A DNA stretch of 64,000 nt, taken from NCBI GenBank assembly GCA_965262855.1, contig OZ253563.1, positions 546,328 through 610,327 on the forward strand. The letters run 5' to 3'. The DNA comes from Arenicellales bacterium. GTDB taxonomy: Bacteria > Pseudomonadota > Gammaproteobacteria > Arenicellales > JAJDZL01. Below the pieces are notes generated by a model, which was given only the letters and a program-made list of their open reading frames with translations, ran no database searches and was not told the origin of the DNA. Below, in pieces: positions 28,042-36,956 of this stretch. Position numbers and translations under genes: made by a program. Position 1 is the stretch's first letter. Each line of letters starts with the position of its first letter.

Positions 28042-31000
28042 TCAATTTGTAGCATGCTGTTGGGTACTATTCACTCCCTTTGGCGTAATAGTGTCCAGAA
28101 TGAAGAATGCTTTCTTTATTCTGTCGTCTTCTGAATCAAGCGAGTGAGTAAGAAGAATCGCCGAATCCGGTTTGCTGAGTTTCACAGATCCCGGATAATT
28201 TGCAATCAAGTGGTTGAGTCCGTTCACATCAAAGTTTGCTTGTGCTCCGAATACAATCCGGCCTGAGTGCGAGCCAATATTGAATTTCACAATTCCCAGT
28301 ATTTTTGAGTGTAGTTGCAGACTGCTGATATGGAATAGCAGTGAGACTTCTTTCGGAAATCGACCGAATCGGTCGAGCATTTCCGCCTTTAGTTGATTGA
28401 GTTTTTCACTATCGCTTGCCGTTGCGATTTTTCGATAGAGTGTCAATCTCAAGTTCACATTTGGAATCCATTTTTCAGGAATTAGTGCTGGTGCATGTAG
28501 ATTGATTTCAGCGCTATCCTGCTTGGCAATTGGAGAACTGTCGAGAATTTGTTTGGAATGAGACCTTTTGAGCGTCAATACAGCATCCTTCAGAAAGTCT
28601 GAATACATGGCATAGCCGATATCATTGATTGCGCCGCTTTGCTCTTCCCCGAGCAGCGCTCCTGCTCCACGTATTTCCAAATCGTGTGCGGCTATTACGT
28701 ACCCCATTCCCAGTTGATCGAAAGCTTCGATTGCCTCTAGCCTGCTCCTCGCATCGCCTCGAATATACTCTTTGTTTGGGACCAGCAGATAAGCATAAGC
28801 TTGATGATGCGATCGTCCGACACGGCCTCGCAGTTGGTGAAGCTGTGCCAAACCGAATTTGGATGCTCTGTCGATAATGATTGTATTGGCAGTAGGTATG
28901 TCGATACCACTTTCTATAATCGTACTGCACACGAGAACATCGAACTTCTGCATATAGAAGTTTTTCATGACTGCTTCAAGCTTGAGTTTCGGCATTTGTC
29001 CGTGTGCAACATCAATAGTCGCTTCTGGGACAATTTTTGCGAGCTCTCTTGCAGCTTGCTGAATGGATCTGACTTCATTGTAGACGTAGAAAATCTGTCC
29101 TCCTCGCCCCAATTCTCGCTGGCATGCTTCGCGAATAATTTCAGGTTGCCAACTCTTCAGGAATGTTCGAACACTGAGCCGGTTGTCTGGGGGTGTTGCG
29201 ATAATCGAAATGTCACGAATTTCATTCATGGCCATACTCAAGGTACGCGGAATAGGGGTTGCCGTGAGTGTAAGGATATCGACATTGGTACGGAGTTTTT
29301 TAAGGTGCTCTTTTTGTCGAACTCCGAATCGGTGTTCCTCATCAATGATGACCAGACCCAAATTGGAGAATGCAACATCACTCTGAAGCAATCTATGAGT
29401 TCCAATGGCGATATCAACTTTGCCGGTTTTCAAATGGTGCATGACATCTTTTATGTCGGAACTCTTTCGCATTCGGGACAACAGTTCTATGCGGATACCC
29501 ATTTCTGAAAAACGATCCTGAAATACATCGAAATGCTGCTGAGCCAAGAGTGTAGTCGGGACAATTACTGCGACCTGGTAGCTGTTCGCAACTGCGACCA
29601 GTGCCGCACGCATGGCAACCTCAGTTTTCCCGAACCCGACATCACCGCATATAAGTCTGTCCATTGGCCGACTCAAACTAAGATCATACAGCACCTGTCC
29701 TATGGCATCCTTTTGGTCCGGGGTTTCACGATAGGTAAAGCGAGAGACGAAGTTCTGATAGTCCTCTTCGGGTACAGGCATACAATTCCCTTTGCGAGAA
29801 TCTCTTAGTGACTGAATCTCCAGCAGTTCAGCGGCAATGTCAAAAACTTTTTCACGGGCTTTTCTTCTTGCCTTGTCCCAATTTTTCGAGCCCAGTGAAT
29901 TCAGCACGATCTCTTCGGATTTACTGCCAACAAAGCGACTAACGTAGTCGATTGAATAAACAGGGACATAGAGTGTTTCATTGTTTCGGTATTCTATAGT
30001 CAGGAATTCTGTTGGTGACCCCGTGAGATCCATCGTTACGAGTCCCCGATACAGGCCAATTCCATATAGTTCGTGAACGACGGGTTCCCCAATTTCCAGC
30101 TCTTCCATGGAGGCGATAAGGGCTTCCGGACTTCTTACCCGGGTGGTTGGTTTCGGAGCCTGAATTCGTCTTCCGAATAGTTCCGAACTTGTGATGATTT
30201 GCAATCCATCTTCAGGAATGTGTAGTCCTGCATGCAGTCTTGAAACTGAGATAGCAAGTTGTGAAGTGCACTTGATAAAGTCGTCCCATGTTTCGACACG
30301 GGCATATGGAATCTCAATGTTTTTAAGAGCGATTTCGACCGTCTCGCGTTGCCCCAGACCGTCAACACAAATCAGTGTTTTCAGTTTCACTGATTTAAAG
30401 TGGTTTTGCAGTGTTAGTTCGAGCTTTACGTTTCGATTTTGTACTGAAATTTCTAGTGGTTGTTCGGTCTGAAAATTGTGAATGCAGGAGTGTGACATCC
30501 CATTGATTTGTACATTTGCGTGCAATTTAAGCTGATCTTCCAGTTGGGTGGGAGATAGATAGAGCATATTCGGTAACAAGGGAAGCCGTGAGACACGATT
30601 GCTCGCAATCTGAAAGCGCTCATTTACTTGCTGCCAAAAATGATTGGCACCGCTCTGGCAGTTCTCCATTGTGAAGTAGATGGAGGAAGAAGGAATGTAG
30701 TCGAAAAGTAAAGAAGTACTACGGTAGAAAAGCGGGAGATAAAATTCCGTACCATTTGGCAATTGTTTCGAGTCGATTCCATTGTAGACTTCGTTCTCGC
30801 GAGGATCACCGTCTAAATGCTCGCGAATTCCTTGACGAAGAGACCGAATGCTCTCATCGTTTATTGGAATTTCTCCGCCCGGGAGAATTTCGATGCTTTC
30901 GATTTTCTGATTTGACAGCTGTGTTTGCGCATCAAAAAAGCGAAGTGTGTCAATGCTGTCTCCGAACAGTTCAATACGAATGGGATCGGCTGCTCCCGTG

Positions 31001-31539
31001 GGATACAGGTCAACCACGCCGCCGCGAAAGGCATATTCTCCAGCTGCTTCTACTTGCTTAACATCTCGATACGATGCCTGGTTCAGTTGATCGCGAAGTG
31101 CTTCAATATTTAGAATGGAACCGGTTGAAAGTGCAAAGCTGTTTGCTGCGATGTAATTGACAGGGGGGAGCCTTTGCATGAGATTGTCGACGGATACGAC
31201 AACAATTCCGCGAGCAAGCAATGGTAGCTTGCTGAGAAGACTTATTCTCTGAGACACGATGTCCTGGTGCGGACTGAAGGTGTCATACGGAAGACACTCC
31301 CAGCCCGGAAAAAATAGGATAGGAACGCTTTCTGAACTAAAAAATTTCAGCGACTCCACAAGCACTTCTGCTTCTCGACTGGTACCCGTCACTACCACAG
31401 CCAGTTCAGAGTGTCTGCCGGCAGCTGCTGCGATAGCGAGTGCATCAGCGCTTCCATACAATTCACACCACGATACGCTTGCATCTTCGACTTGAATAGT
31501 CGGAGGATCAAGTGGAGAAATTTTGTGATTTTGATTCAC
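28042..31539 (-). CDS. mfd: transcription-repair coupling factor
   Basis: The 1165-aa product has the helicase motif I DVGFGKTEVAMRAA plus DEEHRFGV and the TRG motif region. It starts with GTG. Confidence 0.95.
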   Translation of the reverse strand: MNQNHKISPLDPPTIQVEDASVSWCELYGSADALAIAAAAGRHSELAVVVTGTSREAEVLVESLKFFSSESVPILFFPGWECLPYDTFSPHQDIVSQRISLLSKLPLLARGIVVVSVDNLMQRLPPVNYIAANSFALSTGSILNIEALRDQLNQASYRDVKQVEAAGEYAFRGGVVDLYPTGAADPIRIELFGDSIDTLRFFDAQTQLSNQKIESIEILPGGEIPINDESIRSLRQGIREHLDGDPRENEVYNGIDSKQLPNGTEFYLPLFYRSTSLLFDYIPSSSIYFTMENCQSGANHFWQQVNERFQIASNRVSRLPLLPNMLYLSPTQLEDQLKLHANVQINGMSHSCIHNFQTEQPLEISVQNRNVKLELTLQNHFKSVKLKTLICVDGLGQRETVEIALKNIEIPYARVETWDDFIKCTSQLAISVSRLHAGLHIPEDGLQIITSSELFGRRIQAPKPTTRVRSPEALIASMEELEIGEPVVHELYGIGLYRGLVTMDLTGSPTEFLTIEYRNNETLYVPVYSIDYVSRFVGSKSEEIVLNSLGSKNWDKARRKAREKVFDIAAELLEIQSLRDSRKGNCMPVPEEDYQNFVSRFTYRETPDQKDAIGQVLYDLSLSRPMDRLICGDVGFGKTEVAMRAALVAVANSYQVAVIVPTTLLAQQHFDVFQDRFSEMGIRIELLSRMRKSSDIKDVMHHLKTGKVDIAIGTHRLLQSDVAFSNLGLVIIDEEHRFGVRQKEHLKKLRTNVDILTLTATPIPRTLSMAMNEIRDISIIATPPDNRLSVRTFLKSWQPEIIREACQRELGRGGQIFYVYNEVRSIQQAARELAKIVPEATIDVAHGQMPKLKLEAVMKNFYMQKFDVLVCSTIIESGIDIPTANTIIIDRASKFGLAQLHQLRGRVGRSHHQAYAYLLVPNKEYIRGDARSRLEAIEAFDQLGMGYVIAAHDLEIRGAGALLGEEQSGAINDIGYAMYSDFLKDAVLTLKRSHSKQILDSSPIAKQDSAEINLHAPALIPEKWIPNVNLRLTLYRKIATASDSEKLNQLKAEMLDRFGRFPKEVSLLFHISSLQLHSKILGIVKFNIGSHSGRIVFGAQANFDVNGLNHLIANYPGSVKLSKPDSAILLTHSLDSEDDRIKKAFFILDTITPKGVNSTQQHATN

Positions 31540-31975
31540 GTCTCAAATCAGCGGATGTATGAACAATGTACCGAACAAGTAAAAGAAATTATATTTAACG
31601 ATAGAAAGTAAACGACAAAGCTTCTGTAACTTACGTTCACAGAATTAAGGAACACAATGGCACTGAGCCCAATCTCATTGATGAAGTCAACAGATTCAAG
31701 ATGCGCCCATATGTTTGCAATCACTCATCATGCACATAACACCATAAGATCTGACACTTAGCTTCTCACCACCTCAATCTACTTTTTGAAGGCCCACTAT
31801 ATAATTAGCCAGAGTAACTGTGCATGCCTGTGTTTTGACTGTTTACGGAGTGCTCCCTGGAAGTCTAGGCATCTAGCTTTTTGTAGACACAGTTTCCAAG
31901 TTACCAATTTAGACTACTTATACTAGTGCAACGCCTACTTACAGACTGCGGTCATCTATTGGATAGAATATAGAT

Positions 31976-32689
31976 ATGGTCAGCCAAGTCAATGAATCCC
32001 CGTTGAATCGCTACTGGGGTTTGATACCAGCAGCAGGAATCGGCCAACGGATGGCGGCATCCATACCCAAACAATTCATGAAACTAGGTAATAAAACTCT
32101 CCTTGAACGGACTGTAGAATCACTAGCAAGCCATGAAAAGATTGAAGGGATATATATCGGGTTATCGGCAGATTGCGAGCGCAGTGAATGGGTGAAGTCC
32201 TTGCATCCGAAAGTCATTGACATATACGAAGGAGGGGCATCTCGCGCTGAAACCGTGTTGAATGGGACGAGGTACCTTCTTGAAAATGGTTGTTCAGAGA
32301 GTGATTGGATTCTCGTTCACGATTCCAATCGACCATTTTTAAGTCTGGATGAAATCTCTTCTTTGCTGTCGAAAGTTGGAGAAGACTTGAATGGCGGAAT
32401 ACTAAGCGAGCCTATTCATGACACTGTCAAGCTTGGCTCCTCGAGTCGAATTTCCAAAACCTTGCCGCGAGGTGAGCTTTTTCGAGCACAGACACCGCAA
32501 ATGTTCAAAATTGGTATCTTGAATAAAGCTTTAACCAAATGCCTACAGTCTGGAACTGAGGTTACTGATGAAGCACAGGCAGTGGAACTGCTTGGCTACC
32601 ATCCAATTCTTGTCAGAGGCAGTTCATCAAACATCAAGATCACGACTGCTGATGATATGAACATGGCTCATGTAATGGTGAACTTGTAA
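31976..32689 (+). CDS. ispD: 2-C-methyl-D-erythritol 4-phosphate cytidylyltransferase
   Basis: It has the N-terminal motif IPAAGIGQRM and ...VHDSNRPF... It is followed by ispF. Confidence 0.9.
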   Translation: MVSQVNESPLNRYWGLIPAAGIGQRMAASIPKQFMKLGNKTLLERTVESLASHEKIEGIYIGLSADCERSEWVKSLHPKVIDIYEGGASRAETVLNGTRYLLENGCSESDWILVHDSNRPFLSLDEISSLLSKVGEDLNGGILSEPIHDTVKLGSSSRISKTLPRGELFRAQTPQMFKIGILNKALTKCLQSGTEVTDEAQAVELLGYHPILVRGSSSNIKITTADDMNMAHVMVNL

Positions 32690-32722
32690 TGCAAATCTTA
32701 AGCTCCATTCAGGAAAAATAAT

Positions 32723-33199
32723 TTGAACTTCAGAGTCGGATTTGGATTCGATGTACATGAGTTTGCCAAGGACAGGAAACTCATACTCGGCGGCGTAGAT
32801 ATTCCCCACACTGTGGGGCTTGCAGGGCATTCCGACGCTGACGCAGTTGTACATGCAGTTGTGGATGCACTACTGGGTGCGGCGGGACTCGGAGATATTG
32901 GTGTCCATTTTCCAGATACCGATCCTCAATACAAGGATGTAGACAGCCGATTCTTTCTTCGGAAGATTGCTGGGGATATTGTTAGGTTAGGTTACTCGGT
33001 CTCCAATGTCGATATTACAGTGGTTGCTCAGGCCCCGCGATTGAGTCCTTATATCTCCGAGATGAAAAGGAACATTGCTCGGGATTTGGAAATTTCCAAA
33101 GAACAGGTCAATGTAAAAGCGACGACTACCGAGAGTCTTGGATTTATCGGGCGGGAAGAAGGTGTCGCTGTTTGGGCTGTAGTGTCAATGACATCCTGA
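32723..33199 (+). CDS. ispF: 2-C-methyl-D-erythritol 2,4-cyclodiphosphate synthase
   Basis: It has GFGFDVHEF and GHSDADAVVHAVVDALLGA. It starts with TTG. Confidence 0.9.
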   Translation: MNFRVGFGFDVHEFAKDRKLILGGVDIPHTVGLAGHSDADAVVHAVVDALLGAAGLGDIGVHFPDTDPQYKDVDSRFFLRKIAGDIVRLGYSVSNVDITVVAQAPRLSPYISEMKRNIARDLEISKEQVNVKATTTESLGFIGREEGVAVWAVVSMTS

Positions 33200-33243
33200 C
33201 TAGGGCCAGTAACTAAGGACGGATAGGAGGTTTACGTTGCTAT

Positions 33244-33777
33244 TCAGCCTTTGCTTTTTTTCAACAGAATGTACTTCGCCCCCGAGCTGCCGTCATTTAG
33301 CAATGCGTTGCAGTAGCCAAGTACATATTTGTTCATTGCCAGTATTTTTTGCGTAGTGAGTTTGACTTTGGATATGCCGTCGGGAGAATTTAATCCTTTC
33401 CCATGGACAATTTTTACGCATCGGAAACCAGAGTTGACGGAATCCGCAAGGAAACGACGAACAATCTTTGCCGATTCCTCCACTGTATAACCGCGAACAT
33501 AAACGGAATCCTGTCGATGGAACTTTCCTTGCTTTAATCGGGTAAAGTCCCGCTTGGCAAGTCCGGGTTTACGGAATTCTTCGTCGCCGTCAATTTCCAC
33601 CTTGGAAAGATCCGGGAATTCCGCCAGGGATTCTCTGAGGACACTCTGCTCTTCGGCAACGGTTTTCTCGTTATTTGGTAAAGGTTTCAGTTTGTTGTGT
33701 TCAATTTTCTCGGCTTGATTCAGTTGAGTCACGCGGAGTTTTTCCATGGCAGACTCGAATGTGTCGGAGGGTTTCAT
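33244..33777 (-). CDS. Smr-domain protein (SmrB-like endonuclease)
   Basis: The 177-aa product has the C-terminal Smr pattern ...VYVRGYTVEESAKIVRRFLADSVNSGFRCVKIVHGKG... Confidence 0.7.
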   Translation of the reverse strand: MKPSDTFESAMEKLRVTQLNQAEKIEHNKLKPLPNNEKTVAEEQSVLRESLAEFPDLSKVEIDGDEEFRKPGLAKRDFTRLKQGKFHRQDSVYVRGYTVEESAKIVRRFLADSVNSGFRCVKIVHGKGLNSPDGISKVKLTTQKILAMNKYVLGYCNALLNDGSSGAKYILLKKSKG

Positions 33778-33800
33778 TTTCAGTCAGCAAGTGCAATTCG

Positions 33801-34793
<993 letters not shown>

Positions 34794-35180
34794 TCAGATT
34801 GGAATCCCTCAGAATCCTTTCCGTCTGCTGAATGAACATTCAATTTGAAACCCCAGCAACAATGATTTTGGAGGCGAACCGTGCGCTGAATAGCACAAAA
34901 GAAATTATAAACCAGAATTTGCAAGAGTTTTGGTTCGACATAGAACCCAAATCCGAAATTAGAAACTGAATTTTATGGTCGAATGACACATTTTAGCGAT
35001 TGATCTGCATTTTGCCGACCGATTGTCGCTGGTTTCGGTTCGACAAGCGCCATTTGCTCAATTTTACGGCTTGACCGGCATATCGGCAGCATTGTCACCG
35101 TTGTGCAAAGGTGCACAACCCTTGCCAGTGTTGGCAATCGAATCGATTTGCAGTGTCTTACCGCCGCCGAAGGCGGCAAT

Positions 35181-36548
35181 TCAGATGCGAAGCGGGTAAC
35201 TTCGAATCGCCAGCACTGCTTCTTCGATTATCTCCAAGTAACCGCCGCCGAGATTCAGTGTCCATTGCCTGGCATGGCGCACAATTTGCCCGGCAACCGC
35301 ATACAACTTCATCCGTATGGTAGGCGCTCGGGCCGTCGCCCACTTCATCGGCAACACCATACGCATCAAGGCAAACAGATTGTATGCCAGCGAACTGAGC
35401 TTGAACCACGCCGCATTGGCATGAAAATCACCACACGGCAGATTCGCACCTGAAAAATCACTTCGAAGTTCTTTGATCCTGTTTTCCGAAGTCTCGCCTC
35501 GCAGGTTGTACCACTGCACAATGTCGCTGTCTGACTTGCTTTCCATGTTGGTGGCTATCGCACGATAGATGTAAATGCCGTGAGACACACTGTTGTCTTC
35601 CCCATCGATGAAGGTTTCAAGATTCACATTTTCTCCTTCGTCAATGCGTTTTTTCTGCACCACAAGTGTAAATGCCTTTTCAGTCTCGCACATCGTATGC
35701 ACAGTGCGCGCAACCTGTTCGGTTCGCGATTCGGTTCCATCAGCCATAATCAATGGCTGCCAGTCCCTTTCCTTAATGCTGCTGATCGATTCTTTGAGCG
35801 TCGCATCCATCTTCGCTCGTATCGCAAATCTCTTGTCGTTCTGCATCAGGTAATTGATCACTTCGCTTTGGTAGCCGGCCGCATCGATGCGTACCTTCGT
35901 TACCGCAACTCCTTCCGGCAAAGCCGTCTCACAACGCTTGATGAATTCCAGATTCTGCTTGTTCGGCGGTTCGTTACCGTCCCGGAATTCCACTTCAACA
36001 ACCTGATCAGTCTCTGTAATGTGACCCACCATCGGTGTGTAGCCCTTGTGTTTTTTGTAAGTCCACTTCGCCTCGCGCTTGTTCGACTCGATCACTGTCG
36101 CATCGATGTCCAACGTCACCTGCTTTCGTCCGCCAAGTCCGGCAGCCAGCAAGTGTCTGTTGATTTCAGTCAACCCTGCCATCGCCTTGCTGTCACTGCC
36201 AGTGCGGCGAAGAAAATTTCCAAGTGTTCTGGCACTCGGCAACTTGTCGCAGCCGAAAAGTTTCAACAGGGGTTTTTCTTTTACCAAGTCCGAGATATCA
36301 TCGAGGCACTTGCCGCCGTTATGAAACAACAGCATCATGAGGTCGAAAATACCCGAGGGGCGGTAGCCGCGGTTGCTGCCAGCGGCTGGCAGGTGCCGCT
36401 CAGCGACTTCGGAAAGCTGCAGGCGGTTAATCAGCTCCGGAACGGTCACCAAACCGGCGCGGGAGGTCAAAATATTGTTGGTTTTTTTGAATTTATAGTT
36501 TACACTTTGCATAAGCCTTGTACCTCTGAGTTTGATGATTGGTTTCAC
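35181..36548 (-). CDS. IS1380-family-like DDE transposase
   Basis: The N-terminal region reads ...NILTSRAGLVTVPELINRLQL...LMMLLFHNGGKCLDDISDL..., which is typical of IS1380-type transposases (from memory). The ORF-track start is a GTG at 36548. An ATG at 36512 (MQSVNYKF...) preceded by AAGG is the more likely start. Confidence 0.8.
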   Translation of the reverse strand: MKPIIKLRGTRLMQSVNYKFKKTNNILTSRAGLVTVPELINRLQLSEVAERHLPAAGSNRGYRPSGIFDLMMLLFHNGGKCLDDISDLVKEKPLLKLFGCDKLPSARTLGNFLRRTGSDSKAMAGLTEINRHLLAAGLGGRKQVTLDIDATVIESNKREAKWTYKKHKGYTPMVGHITETDQVVEVEFRDGNEPPNKQNLEFIKRCETALPEGVAVTKVRIDAAGYQSEVINYLMQNDKRFAIRAKMDATLKESISSIKERDWQPLIMADGTESRTEQVARTVHTMCETEKAFTLVVQKKRIDEGENVNLETFIDGEDNSVSHGIYIYRAIATNMESKSDSDIVQWYNLRGETSENRIKELRSDFSGANLPCGDFHANAAWFKLSSLAYNLFALMRMVLPMKWATARAPTIRMKLYAVAGQIVRHARQWTLNLGGGYLEIIEEAVLAIRSYPLRI

Positions 36549-36597
36549 CCATCGGGTGAAACCTGTGGTTGAGTGAAAGCTTTATTGTACAAGGCTT
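36513..36597 (-). promoter_or_regulatory. nested stem-loop structure immediately 5' of the transposase ATG (candidate RBS-sequestering element)
   Basis: A perfect 11-nt inverted repeat, AAGCCTTGTAC (36513-36523) with GTACAAGGCTT (36587-36597), encloses a perfect 10-bp hairpin, GGTTTCACCC-ATC-GGGTGAAACC (36541-36563). The proximal arm covers the AAGG directly before the ATG at 36512. Confidence 0.5.
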
Positions 36598-36956
36598 TTT
36601 TATTGTTTTCAGATTTCTATCTTCCGATCAGGGTAGAAGCCAATACAGAGTGCAAGCAAACTACGTAGTGTTCTTAAACACAGTGTCAGTTGTAAGCACA
36701 AGATTCAGGAGTTGAAACAAAATACTCACTTCATAAATCAATCTAATCATTGATTTATGCTTGTTTGTGAGAAACAAATTGAGTCGGCTTTTGTGATGAA
36801 AATTTGTTGCGCCTCCATTTCTGTCACTATCCGAACATGAAACTAATTTATAATTGCATCTGAGTGCACAAATTGCAGTGCAATATGCACCAACAAGAGT
36901 TTCTCAAGTAAATTTCAACTTACTTTTTTCCTGCGGCTTCACAGCAATTCTTTGGT

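Larger units (their letters stand above)
34946..36633 (-). mobile_element. IS1380-family-like insertion sequence (1688 bp)
   Basis: The imperfect terminal inverted repeats are CCCAAATCCGAAATTAGAAACTGAA (34946-34970) and the reverse complement of 36608-36633, CCCTGATCGGAAGATAGAAATCTGAA. They match at 15 of the first 20 positions, then CTGAA matches again after a 1-nt indel. The 5-bp direct repeats TAGAA lie at 34941-34945 and 36634-36638. CC termini and a 4-5 bp TSD fit what I recall for the IS1380 family. Confidence 0.8.

Noticed and set aside
28801-29508. A 235-aa plus-strand ORF inside mfd.
   Set aside because: It is an antisense shadow of a well-supported 1165-aa gene.
31657-31764. A 35-aa ORF with AAGGA upstream in the mfd-ispD spacer.
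   Set aside because: It is too short and featureless. I kept it only as a note under the spacer finding.
35580-36572. A 330-aa plus-strand ORF and other frames overlapping the IS1380-like transposase, plus the 68-aa ORF at 34973-35179.
   Set aside because: They are antisense or out of frame relative to the coherent transposase gene, or they lie in the IS 3' untranslated part. None has a motif.
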